From Sporopachydermia quercuum (Eukaryota), in assembly GCA_001599295.1 (NCBI GenBank), contig BCGN01000003.1, positions 1,488,001-1,552,000 on the forward strand: a stretch of DNA of 64,000 bases. Direction: 5' to 3'. This document shows, in pieces, positions 10,037 through 22,570 of the stretch. The notes beneath the pieces are model-generated. The model saw nothing but the letters and a program-made list of their open reading frames with translations, made no database searches and was not told the origin of the DNA. The stretch's first letter is position 1; the number at the start of each line of letters is the position of its first letter. Position numbers and translations under genes: made by a program.

Positions 10037-12943
10037 TTATAATACACTAATTAATCCAAGGATGTCACTCAGACTTATGGGCATAAAAGTATTCCCATTT
10101 TTCACCCATGTTACATCATCTTCAAAGTAACATAGTAATGCTTTTCTACCATTTGGATCAACACTAATATTAAACAATGCATGACTAGTGCTCACAGTTG
10201 TAGCACGAACAGGAAGTAAAAACAGATTATTTTCATGACAAAACTCTTCAACAACGTCCTTGAAAGTAACTTTTCGCGTATTTCTTGTCTTTTCTTCCAG
10301 TTTACTTATTGGAGTTGTCGACCTCCCATTAAGGTTGGAACTACTCCCTTCTTTACTTTCCATTTTCAGCTTTGAGTTTAGATTTGCTAAACTATAATTA
10401 AACTTTATTCCTTCAGGTCTTTTCACCAATTGTTTCCAATTACTACTTTTCTTAATCATATCAATTGCTTCGTTTAGTAATACCAGACCATCACGGAATC
10501 TTTTCTGTACCTCAGGCAACGTATCAAATAAGTTCTCAACTTCTATAATCTCATTTGAGTTTAAATTAAATTCATAGTTCTGGAAAAATTCAACCCATGT
10601 GTCGAACCACATGCTTATTTCCGCAAATCTAACCCCATCACTTACAATCCATTCATAAAGAGTATTCATGAACGGATTGAAGAAATATTCGCTTATTAGA
10701 TGGTTTTCAATTTCATGCTGAATAATAAGTTTCCATGATAAAAGAACTTTAATAGGATTCAGATCTTGTTCTGCGGGGTTAATTATCAGGTTCCGTTTGA
10801 GATATGATATTAAATGTGGAAGCATACTTCGAATTATCATTTCATTGAATTCTTTCTCGCCAATAGCTTGTTTCCAGTATTGTAGCTCCTTCTGTAAGAC
10901 TAAGAGATCACCAATTGGTCCGTCATAGTTCCACTTCTGCAATTGCATACTGAACTTCTGTTTCATGCTACTATAGATTTCTTCCAAACCTTCAGGATAC
11001 CATTTCGATAGAACCGTTAGCCAGGGAAATATCCAAACGTGAGGCAACTCTGATTTGCTACTAGCCTTTTTTATTTTCCACTCAGAAATTCTTTTTAATA
11101 TGCTTTTCACAACTCCATTTTTCAAACTACTAGTTATAATATACTTTGGTATCAATTCTTCTGAACCAGAGAATGAAAATACGGAATCAATGATATAAAC
11201 GTCATTAGTATTCCATTCAGTAATAAGAAAAGTGTCCACCTTCGCGCGCCATAGCGTTGCTATCAAAGTATCATATAGGCTACTATCACTATTAATAGAC
11301 TCTTCTNTATCAATCACATCTTGTGATAATTTTCCCTCATCCAAAACTTGATTCTGGATATCATTTGAGCCAAAGGAGTTGGGAAGTAACTTTTGGTACC
11401 TACCAACTGCTTTATCAAGTAATGTTTTAACAAACAGAATGAAACTTTTATATGGCAACGAGCCATTTAGTAAATCCCACTTGTCAAAAGCGTATGTAAT
11501 CAATGGTTCGACAGAAGCAGCAATCAGGTCATCAAGATTGTATTTGATCAGCTCTGTTGTATACTCCTTATCAATTTGACGTAACACAAGCAGAAAGCCA
11601 TCAATAAAAATACTCATTTCTTTGTCGGACAATAATAATCTTTTGCCGTTTTCATCCGTTGTTGCTTCATTCTTGGTTATGACTACATCTTCATCATTAT
11701 CAATCTCTTCCTGGTTGTTGTCAATAACGTTGCTAAAAGTATCTTTCAATTCAACACTTTTGATGAACTTCTGTCTAAGATCATCCATTTTCCCCCCTAA
11801 CTCAACAATATATTTGAAATGATCGATTTCCAGGTCACAAATATCAATTTCATCAGTCAACTGCTCAATTTCGTAGTTCAGAAATTTCTCACTAGCTTTT
11901 AAACCTGTCCATTGCTTAGATAATACTTCTAAGTCATGTGCAACGCTATCAAATAAACCAGTTCTATCACCAGCATTACTATTGATACTGCTATTACTAT
12001 TGGTAGAACTTTTGAGAGAATCAAATAAATTAATATCTTTACCAGTTAAATCAACTACTTTTTTAATAGTCGCTGGAACTACTAATCCTTCTCTTTCCAA
12101 ATCTACTATTGTTTTAAATACATCTTTGGGCCTCTTGCTTCTTCTTATATGGTCTTTTCTGAAGGATTGATTATCAGAATCACTAGAATCATCAGTAATA
12201 CTGATATTATCGTTATCATTATTTGCACTGCTATACCGCCTATTTTGTCGCTCCGTCTTCTTCGTCTGCTTTGTCTTTTCTTTGATACCTCCCAATCCCA
12301 ATCCCATTGGTCGCAACTTGGTCTCTATAGGAGCAACCATACCCTCACCTTTTTTACCTAAACCTTTACCTTCAACATAACCCATTTGTTTTAAAAGTTT
12401 GGCTCCAATTCCATATGCTTGTTTTCTATCACCTTTATCGTTACTTCCACTATCGACATCGCGAGGCGTATAGAATCCTTTGAACAATCCACCTTTGCTA
12501 TCATTCATAGTAGTACTAAGAGCTGGTGATGTTTCACTTTTGGAAGTTGTATTATCAACATCTAAATTTATTTCGTTCGTTCCAGAAAGCTTTTGGAAAC
12601 CCATTGACATAAAATTCCTATGAGCATTATTCTTGAATGTATTTTGCTGCTTGTTATGGTCTGGCTCATTTGATGACGAATCGTTGTCATTCGTACTTGC
12701 TTTATTGAACATCATCGTTGATATTTTGCCATTGGTAGCGTTGTTGGAGGCACCTACGCCGCTGCCAAAAGATATAAAAGGCACATCCTCAGTTGAAAGT
12801 TCATCCTCTTCCTCTTCTTCTAAGTTTTCCATAGCTGGAGCATTGGGCTCAAGTTTTCTTTTCTTGTATTTACTTGCTCCATCATCATCAGAGTCTGACT
12901 CTGAGGATAATAGGTCAACAATCTCGCGACCTTGNAACTTCAT
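10037..12943 (-). CDS. SPP382: Spliceosome disassembly G-patch protein (Ntr1/Spp382/TFIP11 family)
   Basis: G-patch YGIGAKLLKQMGYVEGKGLGKKGEGMVAPIETKLRPMGLGLGG; GCFC-like region (PHVWIFPWL, LIINPAEQD); C-terminal TFKDVVEEFCHENNLFLLP. Confidence 0.9.
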   Translation of the reverse strand: MKXQGREIVDLLSSESDSDDDGASKYKKRKLEPNAPAMENLEEEEEDELSTEDVPFISFGSGVGASNNATNGKISTMMFNKASTNDNDSSSNEPDHNKQQNTFKNNAHRNFMSMGFQKLSGTNEINLDVDNTTSKSETSPALSTTMNDSKGGLFKGFYTPRDVDSGSNDKGDRKQAYGIGAKLLKQMGYVEGKGLGKKGEGMVAPIETKLRPMGLGLGGIKEKTKQTKKTERQNRRYSSANNDNDNISITDDSSDSDNQSFRKDHIRRSKRPKDVFKTIVDLEREGLVVPATIKKVVDLTGKDINLFDSLKSSTNSNSSINSNAGDRTGLFDSVAHDLEVLSKQWTGLKASEKFLNYEIEQLTDEIDICDLEIDHFKYIVELGGKMDDLRQKFIKSVELKDTFSNVIDNNQEEIDNDEDVVITKNEATTDENGKRLLLSDKEMSIFIDGFLLVLRQIDKEYTTELIKYNLDDLIAASVEPLITYAFDKWDLLNGSLPYKSFILFVKTLLDKAVGRYQKLLPNSFGSNDIQNQVLDEGKLSQDVIDXEESINSDSSLYDTLIATLWRAKVDTFLITEWNTNDVYIIDSVFSFSGSEELIPKYIITSSLKNGVVKSILKRISEWKIKKASSKSELPHVWIFPWLTVLSKWYPEGLEEIYSSMKQKFSMQLQKWNYDGPIGDLLVLQKELQYWKQAIGEKEFNEMIIRSMLPHLISYLKRNLIINPAEQDLNPIKVLLSWKLIIQHEIENHLISEYFFNPFMNTLYEWIVSDGVRFAEISMWFDTWVEFFQNYEFNLNSNEIIEVENLFDTLPEVQKRFRDGLVLLNEAIDMIKKSSNWKQLVKRPEGIKFNYSLANLNSKLKMESKEGSSSNLNGRSTTPISKLEEKTRNTRKVTFKDVVEEFCHENNLFLLPVRATTVSTSHALFNISVDPNGRKALLCYFEDDVTWVKNGNTFMPISLSDILGLISVL

Positions 12944-14297
12944 CCTGTGCAGATCATTACTTAGATTTGTAATGTGGTAATAATGTGGTTATATTGATAT
13001 TAATAAGGACGTGATATTCATGCTTTAACGCAGTTAGATGGAACTATTTGAGGAAATGTGTGGCACTGTACAATTAGAGAGTTGTTATAAGGAAGAGAGA
13101 TAAATGTTGATTTAGGAAGGAATTAACGATTACGTGAACAATTAAAACATACTAGTTATTGATTACGTGAACTAACAGCTAGTTAGGTAACTACTGGTTT
13201 AGGGTATAACCTTTGAAGGAAGTTGTAATGAGGTGCAATGTGCTAGTGACTAAGAAAAATATGAGAAAAGATTCATATACCGATCTATAGAATCGATAGC
13301 TAAATAATTACTATTTAATGGTCTTATTTAGTTAATCACAAGGTGGAAAAAGCTCACACTCTGAAAATTTGGTAATCTGACTGGAAACGAGGTTTTCTTG
13401 AGTAATCAAACTCCTCTCATAGTTGACATATCAACCCATGTAGCATAGCCCCCAGCGATACCTTCATGATTTACACTTATATCAGGTTATAATTAACTTC
13501 TCTAACCCATATACCCATATCCCCATCTTTCATTTCAAGCTTTCTGAATCAACCTAGAACAATTCTCTCCTCAAGTCATCCTTTTTCGAGCACATCCTTG
13601 ACATGCATCCCAGCCTACCATCTTTGGAGATTCCTGCATCATCATACATCATTACGCATCTCACTGCATAACTGAAAAAACTTTCTTTATCCCCTTCAAT
13701 TTAACACAAACGGCAGAGAGAGAAGAAATTACACAATAATCCGTTAACTATCTCAAATCGTTACTCCTATCTTCATTAAACACTGTTAACTCCCTCTTCT
13801 TTTTATGTTTATTATTCCCTATGGTTACTTTTTCTCATTATAATAATAGCCTATATCTACTATCACTATTATTAACACAGTTGATCTGACATATATAGTG
13901 AAGTAGAACTTTGAAGTGAAACTGATATTGAAAGTAGAAGAGCATATATCAATTACCTCATCAACCTAGTTTTGCTACTTCTTCCTTCTCCGAAAGCTTC
14001 ATTACATCGGCTATTCATCTCAGAATGGATATAAGACAAGAACAACAAACGAGATTGATTCATGAGCATTATAGTCGAACGCCTTTTTTTATCTATTAGC
14101 TTCAATTTTATTACTACTTTAATCATACCTGGAAGAACTCTCATTATCATATCATCGTCACCCCTGCTCTACTGTGTATTACAACCAGATAATGCACTGA
14201 AAGGCCATAATGAAAGACCAACAGACGTTTCAGCTCATCACTAGTTGAATTATTCAAATTTATGAAAGAATTTGAGTAAAACGGTTTGTAAATCAAA

Positions 14298-16583
14298 ATG
14301 TCAGTTTGTCTACGCCAGCTGAATGTAGCTGATAAGCTGATCCTGAAAACAGCAGGCTCAGTCGTCAGCAGGTACAGCTCTATCAATCAGGTTCCTTTTT
14401 ACTGGAGACCTTTTACAACTATACCTACTCCAAAGAAAAATCTGAAGCATTGTACCAGCTATGATAGAAGCAGTGTTACAAAGAAACTACTCCAACAATA
14501 CTTTTTTTCTTATAATTGTCATACTAGCAGTAAACGTTCATACTCCACATACTGGCATTCATACCCATTATCATCATTTCACATAAAGTATCAGAAATCA
14601 TCATCACATCTTCACTTTAATTCCCCAAATTCGTTTCCGCTAAGCATATCTCAACGATGTCTCTCTTCTAGCAGCAATCAAGAGAACCAAGGCAAAAAAT
14701 CAATAGAAAGGAAGCCCAATAGTGATAGTACATCATCTTCACAATTACCTAAGTCTACGCCAGATGCATCAGAAAAATGGACTGCCAAGCTCCCTAAAGC
14801 TACTAAAGAAGAACTATTGGCAACTGCAACTTCCATGTTGCAGAGATTGAAAATCAAGTTCAAATGGCTCACAATTCGACAGTTTCGACCTTTCAACACT
14901 GATGATTTCTCAGCTTTCTTTTCATGGCTGATGGTTGGCAATGTTCTATTGTTTATCCTAGGGACAACGACATTCTTTTCGATGATCATCTTCACAATGA
15001 ATACAGTGTTTGCCCAGGAACTCGTGGCAGAAATGATTGGAAACATTCTCACCAGGGAAACTGGTTTGAAAGTAGTATTCGAGCATGCTGTTGTTCCTGG
15101 ATGGCGAGATGGCGTATTATCCTTCAACAAGGTGTTTGTCTCCCGAAGACCGGGTGGTGGTAAGAAAGTAGAAAAAGGTTCTCAAGCGTCAGCAGTTGCG
15201 TCAGCTGCTGCTAGTGCAAACCAAGTCGCATCTACTAATACCGAGGTAGATGACGATGGCAATTATACCCAGTTTGACCTTACAATAGAGCAAGTAAACG
15301 TCACATTATCTTTCAGCAAATGGCTCAATGGTAAAGGAATCCTAAAAGACGTTGAAGTTCAAGGTATTAGAGGTGTAGTGGATAGAAGANTTGTCAGGTG
15401 GAAAGAGAATGATGATGCCAGAAATTATAAAAATGTTCACAGACCAGGAGATTTTGAAATTGAGAATTTTAAAATGGAAGACGTTCTTGTGACACTATAC
15501 CAGCCAAACAACTTCCGTCCTTTCAGAGTATCTATTTTCAATTGTGATTTACCTCAGTTAAGAAAACACTGGTTGTTTTACGATATCCTTAATGCTAATC
15601 ATATGTCAGGTTCGTATGACGACTCCCTTTTCACTATACATAAGAGCCAGAAGCCTGGTCTTATTGATTATGCCAACATGAAAAATAAATCAACTCTACA
15701 ATATGACGATTCAAAGGTTGACAGATTTCTTCCTTGGTCAGTATACTATACCCCTGGAGCTGGCAACGCCGATAATAAAAAATTGAATTCAATTCCTGCT
15801 TGGAAGAAAATAACTAGGCTACGAATCGATGGAATGAATGTTGATCATCTTAACACTGGTATCGAAGGCCCTTTTGGCTGGATTGTCAGTGGAAATGTGG
15901 ATTTAGTTGCTGATGTGATGATTCCTGAAGAAGGTGACAGTTTCTTCAACTTCAGCGATTTAGTTCAAATAGTCGTTGATAACGTTGCTCGTAATAGCAA
16001 AAGAGCAGTATCATTTACACAGTACGGCAATAAGACTCCCTTGAGTTTCCAGGAGGAAAGCAAGACAAATTCGAACCTGAAAAGCAACCAGAGTAACACA
16101 GATGCACACCATGGTGAACAAGAAGAAAAACCAATCAGCACAGGAGTGTCTATTGGAGATATAGAGAAACCAAGTTGTAGCTCAAGCAATATAATTCATA
16201 ATTTGAAGAAGGATATAACAAAGTATATTGTGATAGATTTACAAGTACGGCTGAATAATGTTCGTGCTGCTGTGCCATTATTTACTTCCGACTTGACATA
16301 TGTTAATAATGCATTAATTAGACCTATTGTTGCATATATCAACTCGCACAATACTAATATCCCGGTGAGTTGCCGAGTGGTTAAACGGGTTTCTGATTTT
16401 GAAGGTAGTTGGACAATCTATGACAGTTTACTGATGGATGATATATCGGCCGAGGTATATGATGCCTTTGTTAATTATGTTGCTGATGATGAGAAGAGGA
16501 TAGTTAGAATGAAGAAAGTTGGATTTTGGTCACTGCAAATGTTTCTACAATTATTGTTAGTCAGTTTGGGAACCATTGCATGA
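14298..16583 (+). CDS. MDM31: Mitochondrial inner-membrane distribution/morphology protein Mdm31/Mdm32 family
   Basis: RPFNTDDFSAFFSW, LGTTTFFS, NYTQFDLTI, LPQLRKHWLFYD and GFWSLQ motifs; long basic/Ser-rich presequence-like N-terminus. Confidence 0.93.
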   Translation: MSVCLRQLNVADKLILKTAGSVVSRYSSINQVPFYWRPFTTIPTPKKNLKHCTSYDRSSVTKKLLQQYFFSYNCHTSSKRSYSTYWHSYPLSSFHIKYQKSSSHLHFNSPNSFPLSISQRCLSSSSNQENQGKKSIERKPNSDSTSSSQLPKSTPDASEKWTAKLPKATKEELLATATSMLQRLKIKFKWLTIRQFRPFNTDDFSAFFSWLMVGNVLLFILGTTTFFSMIIFTMNTVFAQELVAEMIGNILTRETGLKVVFEHAVVPGWRDGVLSFNKVFVSRRPGGGKKVEKGSQASAVASAAASANQVASTNTEVDDDGNYTQFDLTIEQVNVTLSFSKWLNGKGILKDVEVQGIRGVVDRRXVRWKENDDARNYKNVHRPGDFEIENFKMEDVLVTLYQPNNFRPFRVSIFNCDLPQLRKHWLFYDILNANHMSGSYDDSLFTIHKSQKPGLIDYANMKNKSTLQYDDSKVDRFLPWSVYYTPGAGNADNKKLNSIPAWKKITRLRIDGMNVDHLNTGIEGPFGWIVSGNVDLVADVMIPEEGDSFFNFSDLVQIVVDNVARNSKRAVSFTQYGNKTPLSFQEESKTNSNLKSNQSNTDAHHGEQEEKPISTGVSIGDIEKPSCSSSNIIHNLKKDITKYIVIDLQVRLNNVRAAVPLFTSDLTYVNNALIRPIVAYINSHNTNIPVSCRVVKRVSDFEGSWTIYDSLLMDDISAEVYDAFVNYVADDEKRIVRMKKVGFWSLQMFLQLLLVSLGTIA

Positions 16584-17728
16584 AAGAAGTTCATAGATCT
16601 TTTTCTTATGAGATTATTAGAGAGTCTGAGTACCGGTGAAATCGAGGAGAAGGAGAAGAGTACGATATACTCATGCTTGAAGTCTGTCGGGCTACACTCT
16701 GTCTACGATACTACTGTCATGACATTTCTGATGCCTATTCCTTTTGAGCCTATGTTGGATTTTGACCTGTCTTAAACTTCCCTACTTGACTATTTATTTG
16801 ATTTTTCTCTCAACATTTTCATTGATCTGGATTTTGTCAATTCGACAGGATTGCGATAAAGAATTAGTTTCGGCAATGGAATTGCTCTCCAAGCAACGAA
16901 CTAAACTCTTTTGATTATCTACAATCCTCTCATTCTTGTATACAGTTAAATATCCCCTGAATTGACATATCTACTTACTTATTTGCTGTTTTTCTAGAAC
17001 CCATTTAATTGTGACCAAGGTACCATATAAACCCTCCTCAACTACTTATTTCCCTTTAGAACTTACTGACCCATTAAAATGATCTTGAGTCAATTGATCG
17101 AACTATGTTTTTTAATGATTATATAATCATTATACCGCTTGAATCCCTTCACGTCTCCTTCGAATTACTTCTTTCTATCTCTTACATCACCCCCGATATA
17201 TTAGAAGAATAGCTATTGACCAAATAAAGTTACCCGGCTTGAATATATCATACAAATTTTTTTTTTGATTACTATGGTGAAATTTAAGCTTTAATCAAGT
17301 GTGAAGTCTGGTCGTGAGTGAAAAATGGATTGAATTAAATAAACCAAGCAGAGAACCATTAGAAAATACCGTTCGAACGAATAATATTCCGACGTCTCTA
17401 GTCTGAAAGTGCGTCAATTGATATATTTGATTGATTTATAGAGATTGGAAAGAGGGAACTTGATTGACCCAGTAACTTCATAGCTTGGTATATCATCACA
17501 TCTCATAGGCTTTGGAGATTCAAAGTGCATTCATTGTTCATGAGTGAATGCTTGATATGATATGATAATGACCGAGGAGAAAGCAGTGTGATTTATTATT
17601 TATCTGAATACAACTACTGATTACTAAAATTTTGTAGTAAATTGAACGATACACTATCAGTACGGCATTTTGTATTGAAATCTGTCAAAACAAGGATACA
17701 TAATATTCATAACGTTACTTAAAGCATA

Positions 17729-20700
17729 ATGGACACCCAAGTACTGCATCAATTGTTCTTAGGAACATTGCAAGCAGACGAAAACATCCGTAAAGAGGTA
17801 GAAAGACAACTGAAAGAATATGAAAGTTTGCCAGGGTTTCTGGGTGCTTGCTTGGATATCATTGCTGGTGCAAATGATAACCCAAGTGTTCAGAAGAGTG
17901 CTGCTATCTATGTTAAAAACAGAGTGTTAAGATATTGGAGAGTGGAAGGAGCAATCAGCGATGATATCAAACCTTTGATCGTCGATCAAGATGAAAAACC
18001 AGTGTTCAGAGAAAGATTGGTACCAATGGTTATCTCAGTTAGCCCAGCTCTTCGTCCTTTAATTGTTGCAACTTTGAGTGGTATTGTAGCTATTGATTTC
18101 CCTGCAAATTGGCCCGAATACTTTGATTTATGCGTCAAGCTTCTCCATGGTAGCGACTTACAAAGCTTATATGCAGGTTTACTATGCTTTGCAGAACTAG
18201 CCCGTACATATAGATGGAGTTCTAATGATAGCAGAAAAGATTTTGATAATATCATTAACACAGCGTTTCCTATTGTTTTGAGTATTGGTAACAATTTGGT
18301 TAACGAAACCAGTGAAATTGCCGGTGAAATGCTTAAGTTTATACTGAAAATCTACAAATTTGCCACTTATCACGATCTTCCCGTTCCTTTACAGAATCCT
18401 GATGCCTTAGTTGGTTGGGGCTCTTTACATTTAAACACCATCAAAATGACATTGCCTCCTGCTGTTTTAGCACTAGATGAAGAAGATAGAACTTCAAATG
18501 ACTGGGTGAAATGCAAGAAATGGGCATATGCTAATTTGAAGAGAATATATTCACGATATGGAATTTCTCGTAGTGACGAAAAGAATTACCCTGAATTCCG
18601 TTCTTTATTCAATAAAAGCTTTGTTCCGGAGATTTTGGCAGTCTATTTACAACAAATCGAAGGATGGATCAATAAGACTATCTGGTTAAGCTCTAATTCG
18701 TTGTATCATTTATTGGGATTTATAGAACAGGCATTAACTCAGAAATCAGCCAGAAAGTTGATTGATCCTCATATTGAAGCCATGATCACTCATGTTGTGT
18801 TCCCATTATTATGCCCTACAGATGAACTTATTGAATTGTTTGAAGACTCTCCTGAAGAATACATTCATCGTTATTTTGATATTTACGAGGAAGGTTCTTT
18901 GGCTGATTCTGCTGCTCTTTCATTCCTTTTGGTGGCAATCGAGAAAAGGAAAAGCATTGTTCTTAACCCAACTCTTCAATTCGTTAATAGAACCTGTGAA
19001 GAATGCGCTGAGAATCCCACTGATATAGAAAAAGGCAAAGAGAAGGAAGCTGTGATGAGAATGATGGGCACATTATCTCATATCCTACTAAGCAAGAACA
19101 GTCCTGTGAAGGGATTAATGGAACAGTTCTTAGTAGCATATGTGTTCCCTGATTTCGAAAGCCCTATTCCGTTTTTGAGAGCAAGAGCTTTTGATACAGC
19201 CTGTAGATTTTCTGAAACGGAATTCTCAAATCCCGAACATTTATCAATTTTATTTCGAGGTGCTCTTAAAGGTTTAGGAGATGAGCATTCTCCAGTTCAA
19301 TTGAATGCAGCATTAGTATTACAACCCTTGATCAGAAGGGAAGAGACCAGAGAAGCGTTATCGGTGAATGTTCCTCAAATCATGAACAAACTGTTGGAAC
19401 TGTCCAATAGCATTGATTTCGATGGGTTATCAGGCGTGATGGAAGAATTCGTGGAAGTGTTCTCCGAACAGTTATCACCGTTTGCATTAGGCTTAGGTTC
19501 AAGTCTTGCATCTCAAGCCTTGAGATTAGCTTCTGAAATGGCTGAAAAACAAAACCAATTACTTGCTGATGACGATTTCTTCTCATTAGATTCTGCTGAT
19601 GAAGATAAAGAAATGGCAGCATTAGGATTGCTAAGAACTATTACAACCTTATTGTTATCTCTTGATTCATCACAAGAAACTGTTCTACAATTAGCAGAAG
19701 TATTATATCCACTTATTTCATTAGTGCTGAAAGAAGGATTAATTCAATTCTTCGTTGAGATTCTAGAAATCATTGAAGATATCTTATTCAATCTGAAGAA
19801 AGTTCCTCCTAACATGTGGAATATCTTGCAATTATTACATGATTGCTATCAAGAATATGCTATTGATTCAATTGATACAGTTGTACCATCATTACATAAC
19901 TATATTGTATTTGGTAGAGATGATCTATTAGCATCTCAACAGCATATCGATTTAATTTATGACTTCTTTACTATTGTTATGGATCCTTCTAATGATAGAG
20001 CTTTAGGAGCCAATGATAGAGCATGCGCCTGTGAGATCATCCCGACCATGATTTTATGTCTTAAAGATGGTATAAACAGGCACATTGAAGATTTACTGAA
20101 ATCCGTTGCTTATAGGCTCGAGAGTGATACTGAAAGAATTGAAGCCAATGTTAAATATCAAACAGGATTAGTTGAAATTATTGTTGCTTCTATTATACAT
20201 AATCCCGTCGCTACGTTATCATTCTTAGATAATTCACGATTAACTGAAAAGTTCTTCAAACTATGGATTGATCTCATTGAAGATAAAATGAAGAGAGTCT
20301 ATGATTACAAGCTCTCTTTGATGGCTTTCATGGCAATTTTGACTGATGAAAGAGTTCAAATGATCAATAATAATAGCATCAATACTGCTATTCCTCAATT
20401 CACACAATCCATTGAAACCATCGTTTCAAGGCTTCCTGGTGCTATTGAAGAGTACAACAAAAAGCAAAAGGAATATGATAGTGGAGAGTATGGTAACTAC
20501 GATGAAGATGAGTGGAACTATGAAGATGATTGGAATGATGAAGATGACCTAGATGATGAGGCAGAAGACACTGGTGATGATACTGAAGGCAATAACGCAT
20601 ATTTGGAATTCTTGAACGCTGAAAGTGCCAAAATTCAAGAAAAGGGATATAGCTATTTTGATTTAGATGACGAAGAATTTGAAGAGGACCCTCTGTTAAT

Positions 20701-20869
20701 TACACCTTTAGATGACGTGAACATCTTCTTGTCATTCAAGGAGTTCTTAACTGTTTTACAGAGCAAGGACCAACCAAGATATCAATTGTTTACTAGCAGT
20801 GTTTCCTCTGACGGAGTTCAAGCATTTGAGAAAGCTGTTCAATTGGCTGACTCAAACGAAAATAAATAA
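17729..20869 (+). CDS. NMD5: Importin-beta family karyopherin (importin 7/8; Nmd5/Sxm1)
   Basis: IBN_N-type start (AAIYVKNRV..YW), WVKCKKWAYANL, LFEDSPEEYI and PFLRARA motifs; acidic C-terminal tract; 1046 aa. Nmd5 versus Sxm1 is not certain. Confidence 0.85.
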   Translation: MDTQVLHQLFLGTLQADENIRKEVERQLKEYESLPGFLGACLDIIAGANDNPSVQKSAAIYVKNRVLRYWRVEGAISDDIKPLIVDQDEKPVFRERLVPMVISVSPALRPLIVATLSGIVAIDFPANWPEYFDLCVKLLHGSDLQSLYAGLLCFAELARTYRWSSNDSRKDFDNIINTAFPIVLSIGNNLVNETSEIAGEMLKFILKIYKFATYHDLPVPLQNPDALVGWGSLHLNTIKMTLPPAVLALDEEDRTSNDWVKCKKWAYANLKRIYSRYGISRSDEKNYPEFRSLFNKSFVPEILAVYLQQIEGWINKTIWLSSNSLYHLLGFIEQALTQKSARKLIDPHIEAMITHVVFPLLCPTDELIELFEDSPEEYIHRYFDIYEEGSLADSAALSFLLVAIEKRKSIVLNPTLQFVNRTCEECAENPTDIEKGKEKEAVMRMMGTLSHILLSKNSPVKGLMEQFLVAYVFPDFESPIPFLRARAFDTACRFSETEFSNPEHLSILFRGALKGLGDEHSPVQLNAALVLQPLIRREETREALSVNVPQIMNKLLELSNSIDFDGLSGVMEEFVEVFSEQLSPFALGLGSSLASQALRLASEMAEKQNQLLADDDFFSLDSADEDKEMAALGLLRTITTLLLSLDSSQETVLQLAEVLYPLISLVLKEGLIQFFVEILEIIEDILFNLKKVPPNMWNILQLLHDCYQEYAIDSIDTVVPSLHNYIVFGRDDLLASQQHIDLIYDFFTIVMDPSNDRALGANDRACACEIIPTMILCLKDGINRHIEDLLKSVAYRLESDTERIEANVKYQTGLVEIIVASIIHNPVATLSFLDNSRLTEKFFKLWIDLIEDKMKRVYDYKLSLMAFMAILTDERVQMINNNSINTAIPQFTQSIETIVSRLPGAIEEYNKKQKEYDSGEYGNYDEDEWNYEDDWNDEDDLDDEAEDTGDDTEGNNAYLEFLNAESAKIQEKGYSYFDLDDEEFEEDPLLITPLDDVNIFLSFKEFLTVLQSKDQPRYQLFTSSVSSDGVQAFEKAVQLADSNENK

Positions 20870-21050
20870 CTGAACATTGGCTTGTATGTTTATGGATTAA
20901 GTTGTTGATAGATTTTTATATGTTTCAAGGTAAGATTAATTCGGAGTTCACATTATAGATTGACTTTACCGGTAGAAATTTGAATAGACATACGTAAAAT
21001 TGTTTCATCCTCATAAAAGTGCTCTGAATAGGACACCAACCATAAGAATA

Positions 21051-21070
21051 ATAATAATAATTATTATTAT
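21051..21070. repeat. Perfect 20-bp palindrome of abutting (ATA)n/(TAT)n microsatellites
   Basis: ATAATAATAA|TTATTATTAT. Confidence 0.8.
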
Positions 21071-22570
21071 GATTGATATNCCATTTAGGATTCACGATAA
21101 TTCATATAATAAAACTTCATTATAGCAACTGAGTCGAACGTGAAACAGTTAAAAAACAGCAGAACTTAGTCCGCAACTTCAAGTAAGGATTGGGGTTTTA
21201 AAGTTGCCTCTTTTACCTGTATAAAGTTCAACCTACCTGATTTAGTATAATTAAGAGCTTAGTCTGCGAATTGGACCTGTCATAAGGGAATATTTTTTCA
21301 GACTTATGCATGTTGATGTAATAATTGCATAGAATGAATTTTAATTTCATACATAGCCCTCAGTCATGTTTCACAGTATTCATACAATTCATAGTTAGAT
21401 TATTTAGTACTCCAGAGCTCCAATAATAATAGAAAAAACTGGAAGTAGTGTATGAAAGAACTTTAAAAATGAATATGTTGAGATCTTGCCGTTTGACGAA
21501 CTAGTAAACCCGTTCGAAGATTACAGCACTACGAAGAGATAATTGGTTGTATGCGCAGTCAAGAATACTACAGTGCGTTCTCACAGCTAAAAACCAAAAA
21601 CTGTATTTCATTTAAAGAATTCAATTTATTCAAATCATCAGAAACTCATCGTCTTTATTATCCAAGCAACTCCTCACGATGTTTCCATTAAAGTTAACTT
21701 GCATTATAGTACATTATACTAAAATCGGCCATCAAAATAGCAATGCAGAACAATACTCGCCATTTACTTAAATCAACATAAATGGAATGAAACGCAGCAA
21801 AAACTTCACTATACCACCACCACTAAATATTATATTCCCAACCGTTATCAGATCAACTAATTTCAACTTTCCTATCCCTTCTTATCCTATTCTTTTTTTT
21901 GCTTCCCCACATACAATTTACCCTTTGAATTAAACTCACGAAGCATCTTCATTTAAATTAAAACTCTAAACTAATATCTCAAACCTTATTCGAAACCTTA
22001 TATGTCTTCCAATAACCTCTCATTTCAAGTCCCTGAAAAGAGCAAAACGAGGAAATCAGTTGGTGATCAAAATGCACAGGGATCATTTCATACACAGCTG
22101 TAACGAACTACCTACTATTAGAAGTCTCTTAAGTCGATTTACTTATTGATACTTATTTATAGTCAGAGATATTTTTGGTATTCTATGATATTCTATTATT
22201 TTGTATGATATTGTAAGAAAAACAGTGAATGAAAATACCATACAAATCATCTACAGTTGAAAGAGATATCATTGATTGACTGACTGACTTAGTGGTACTG
22301 TAACAGTAACAGATCTTTTATATCCTATCATTGTTCTTTTTGTTGTTGACTGGCTTACTGATACTACTACTGCTAGAAAGTCTATTGGGTTTTCAACTTT
22401 GCTGAAAATAAGTAGGAAATACTGGTAGAAATCGAATTATTCTGACTGCATTTTCCTTCATTGTTCCCTAGCAATCAAACTTCCTCCTGTAATCAATCTG
22501 CTTGAATATCAGACAGGGAAGCCCAATATTTCATAGCAAATTAAACTGATCCCCAATATATTATTGCACC

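Noticed and set aside
22171..22292. Sm-like ATTTTTGG next to splice-like signals (telomerase-RNA-type 3' end)
   Set aside because: The donor is poor (GTATTC) and no template is identifiable. A GT25 UTR intron or chance is as likely.
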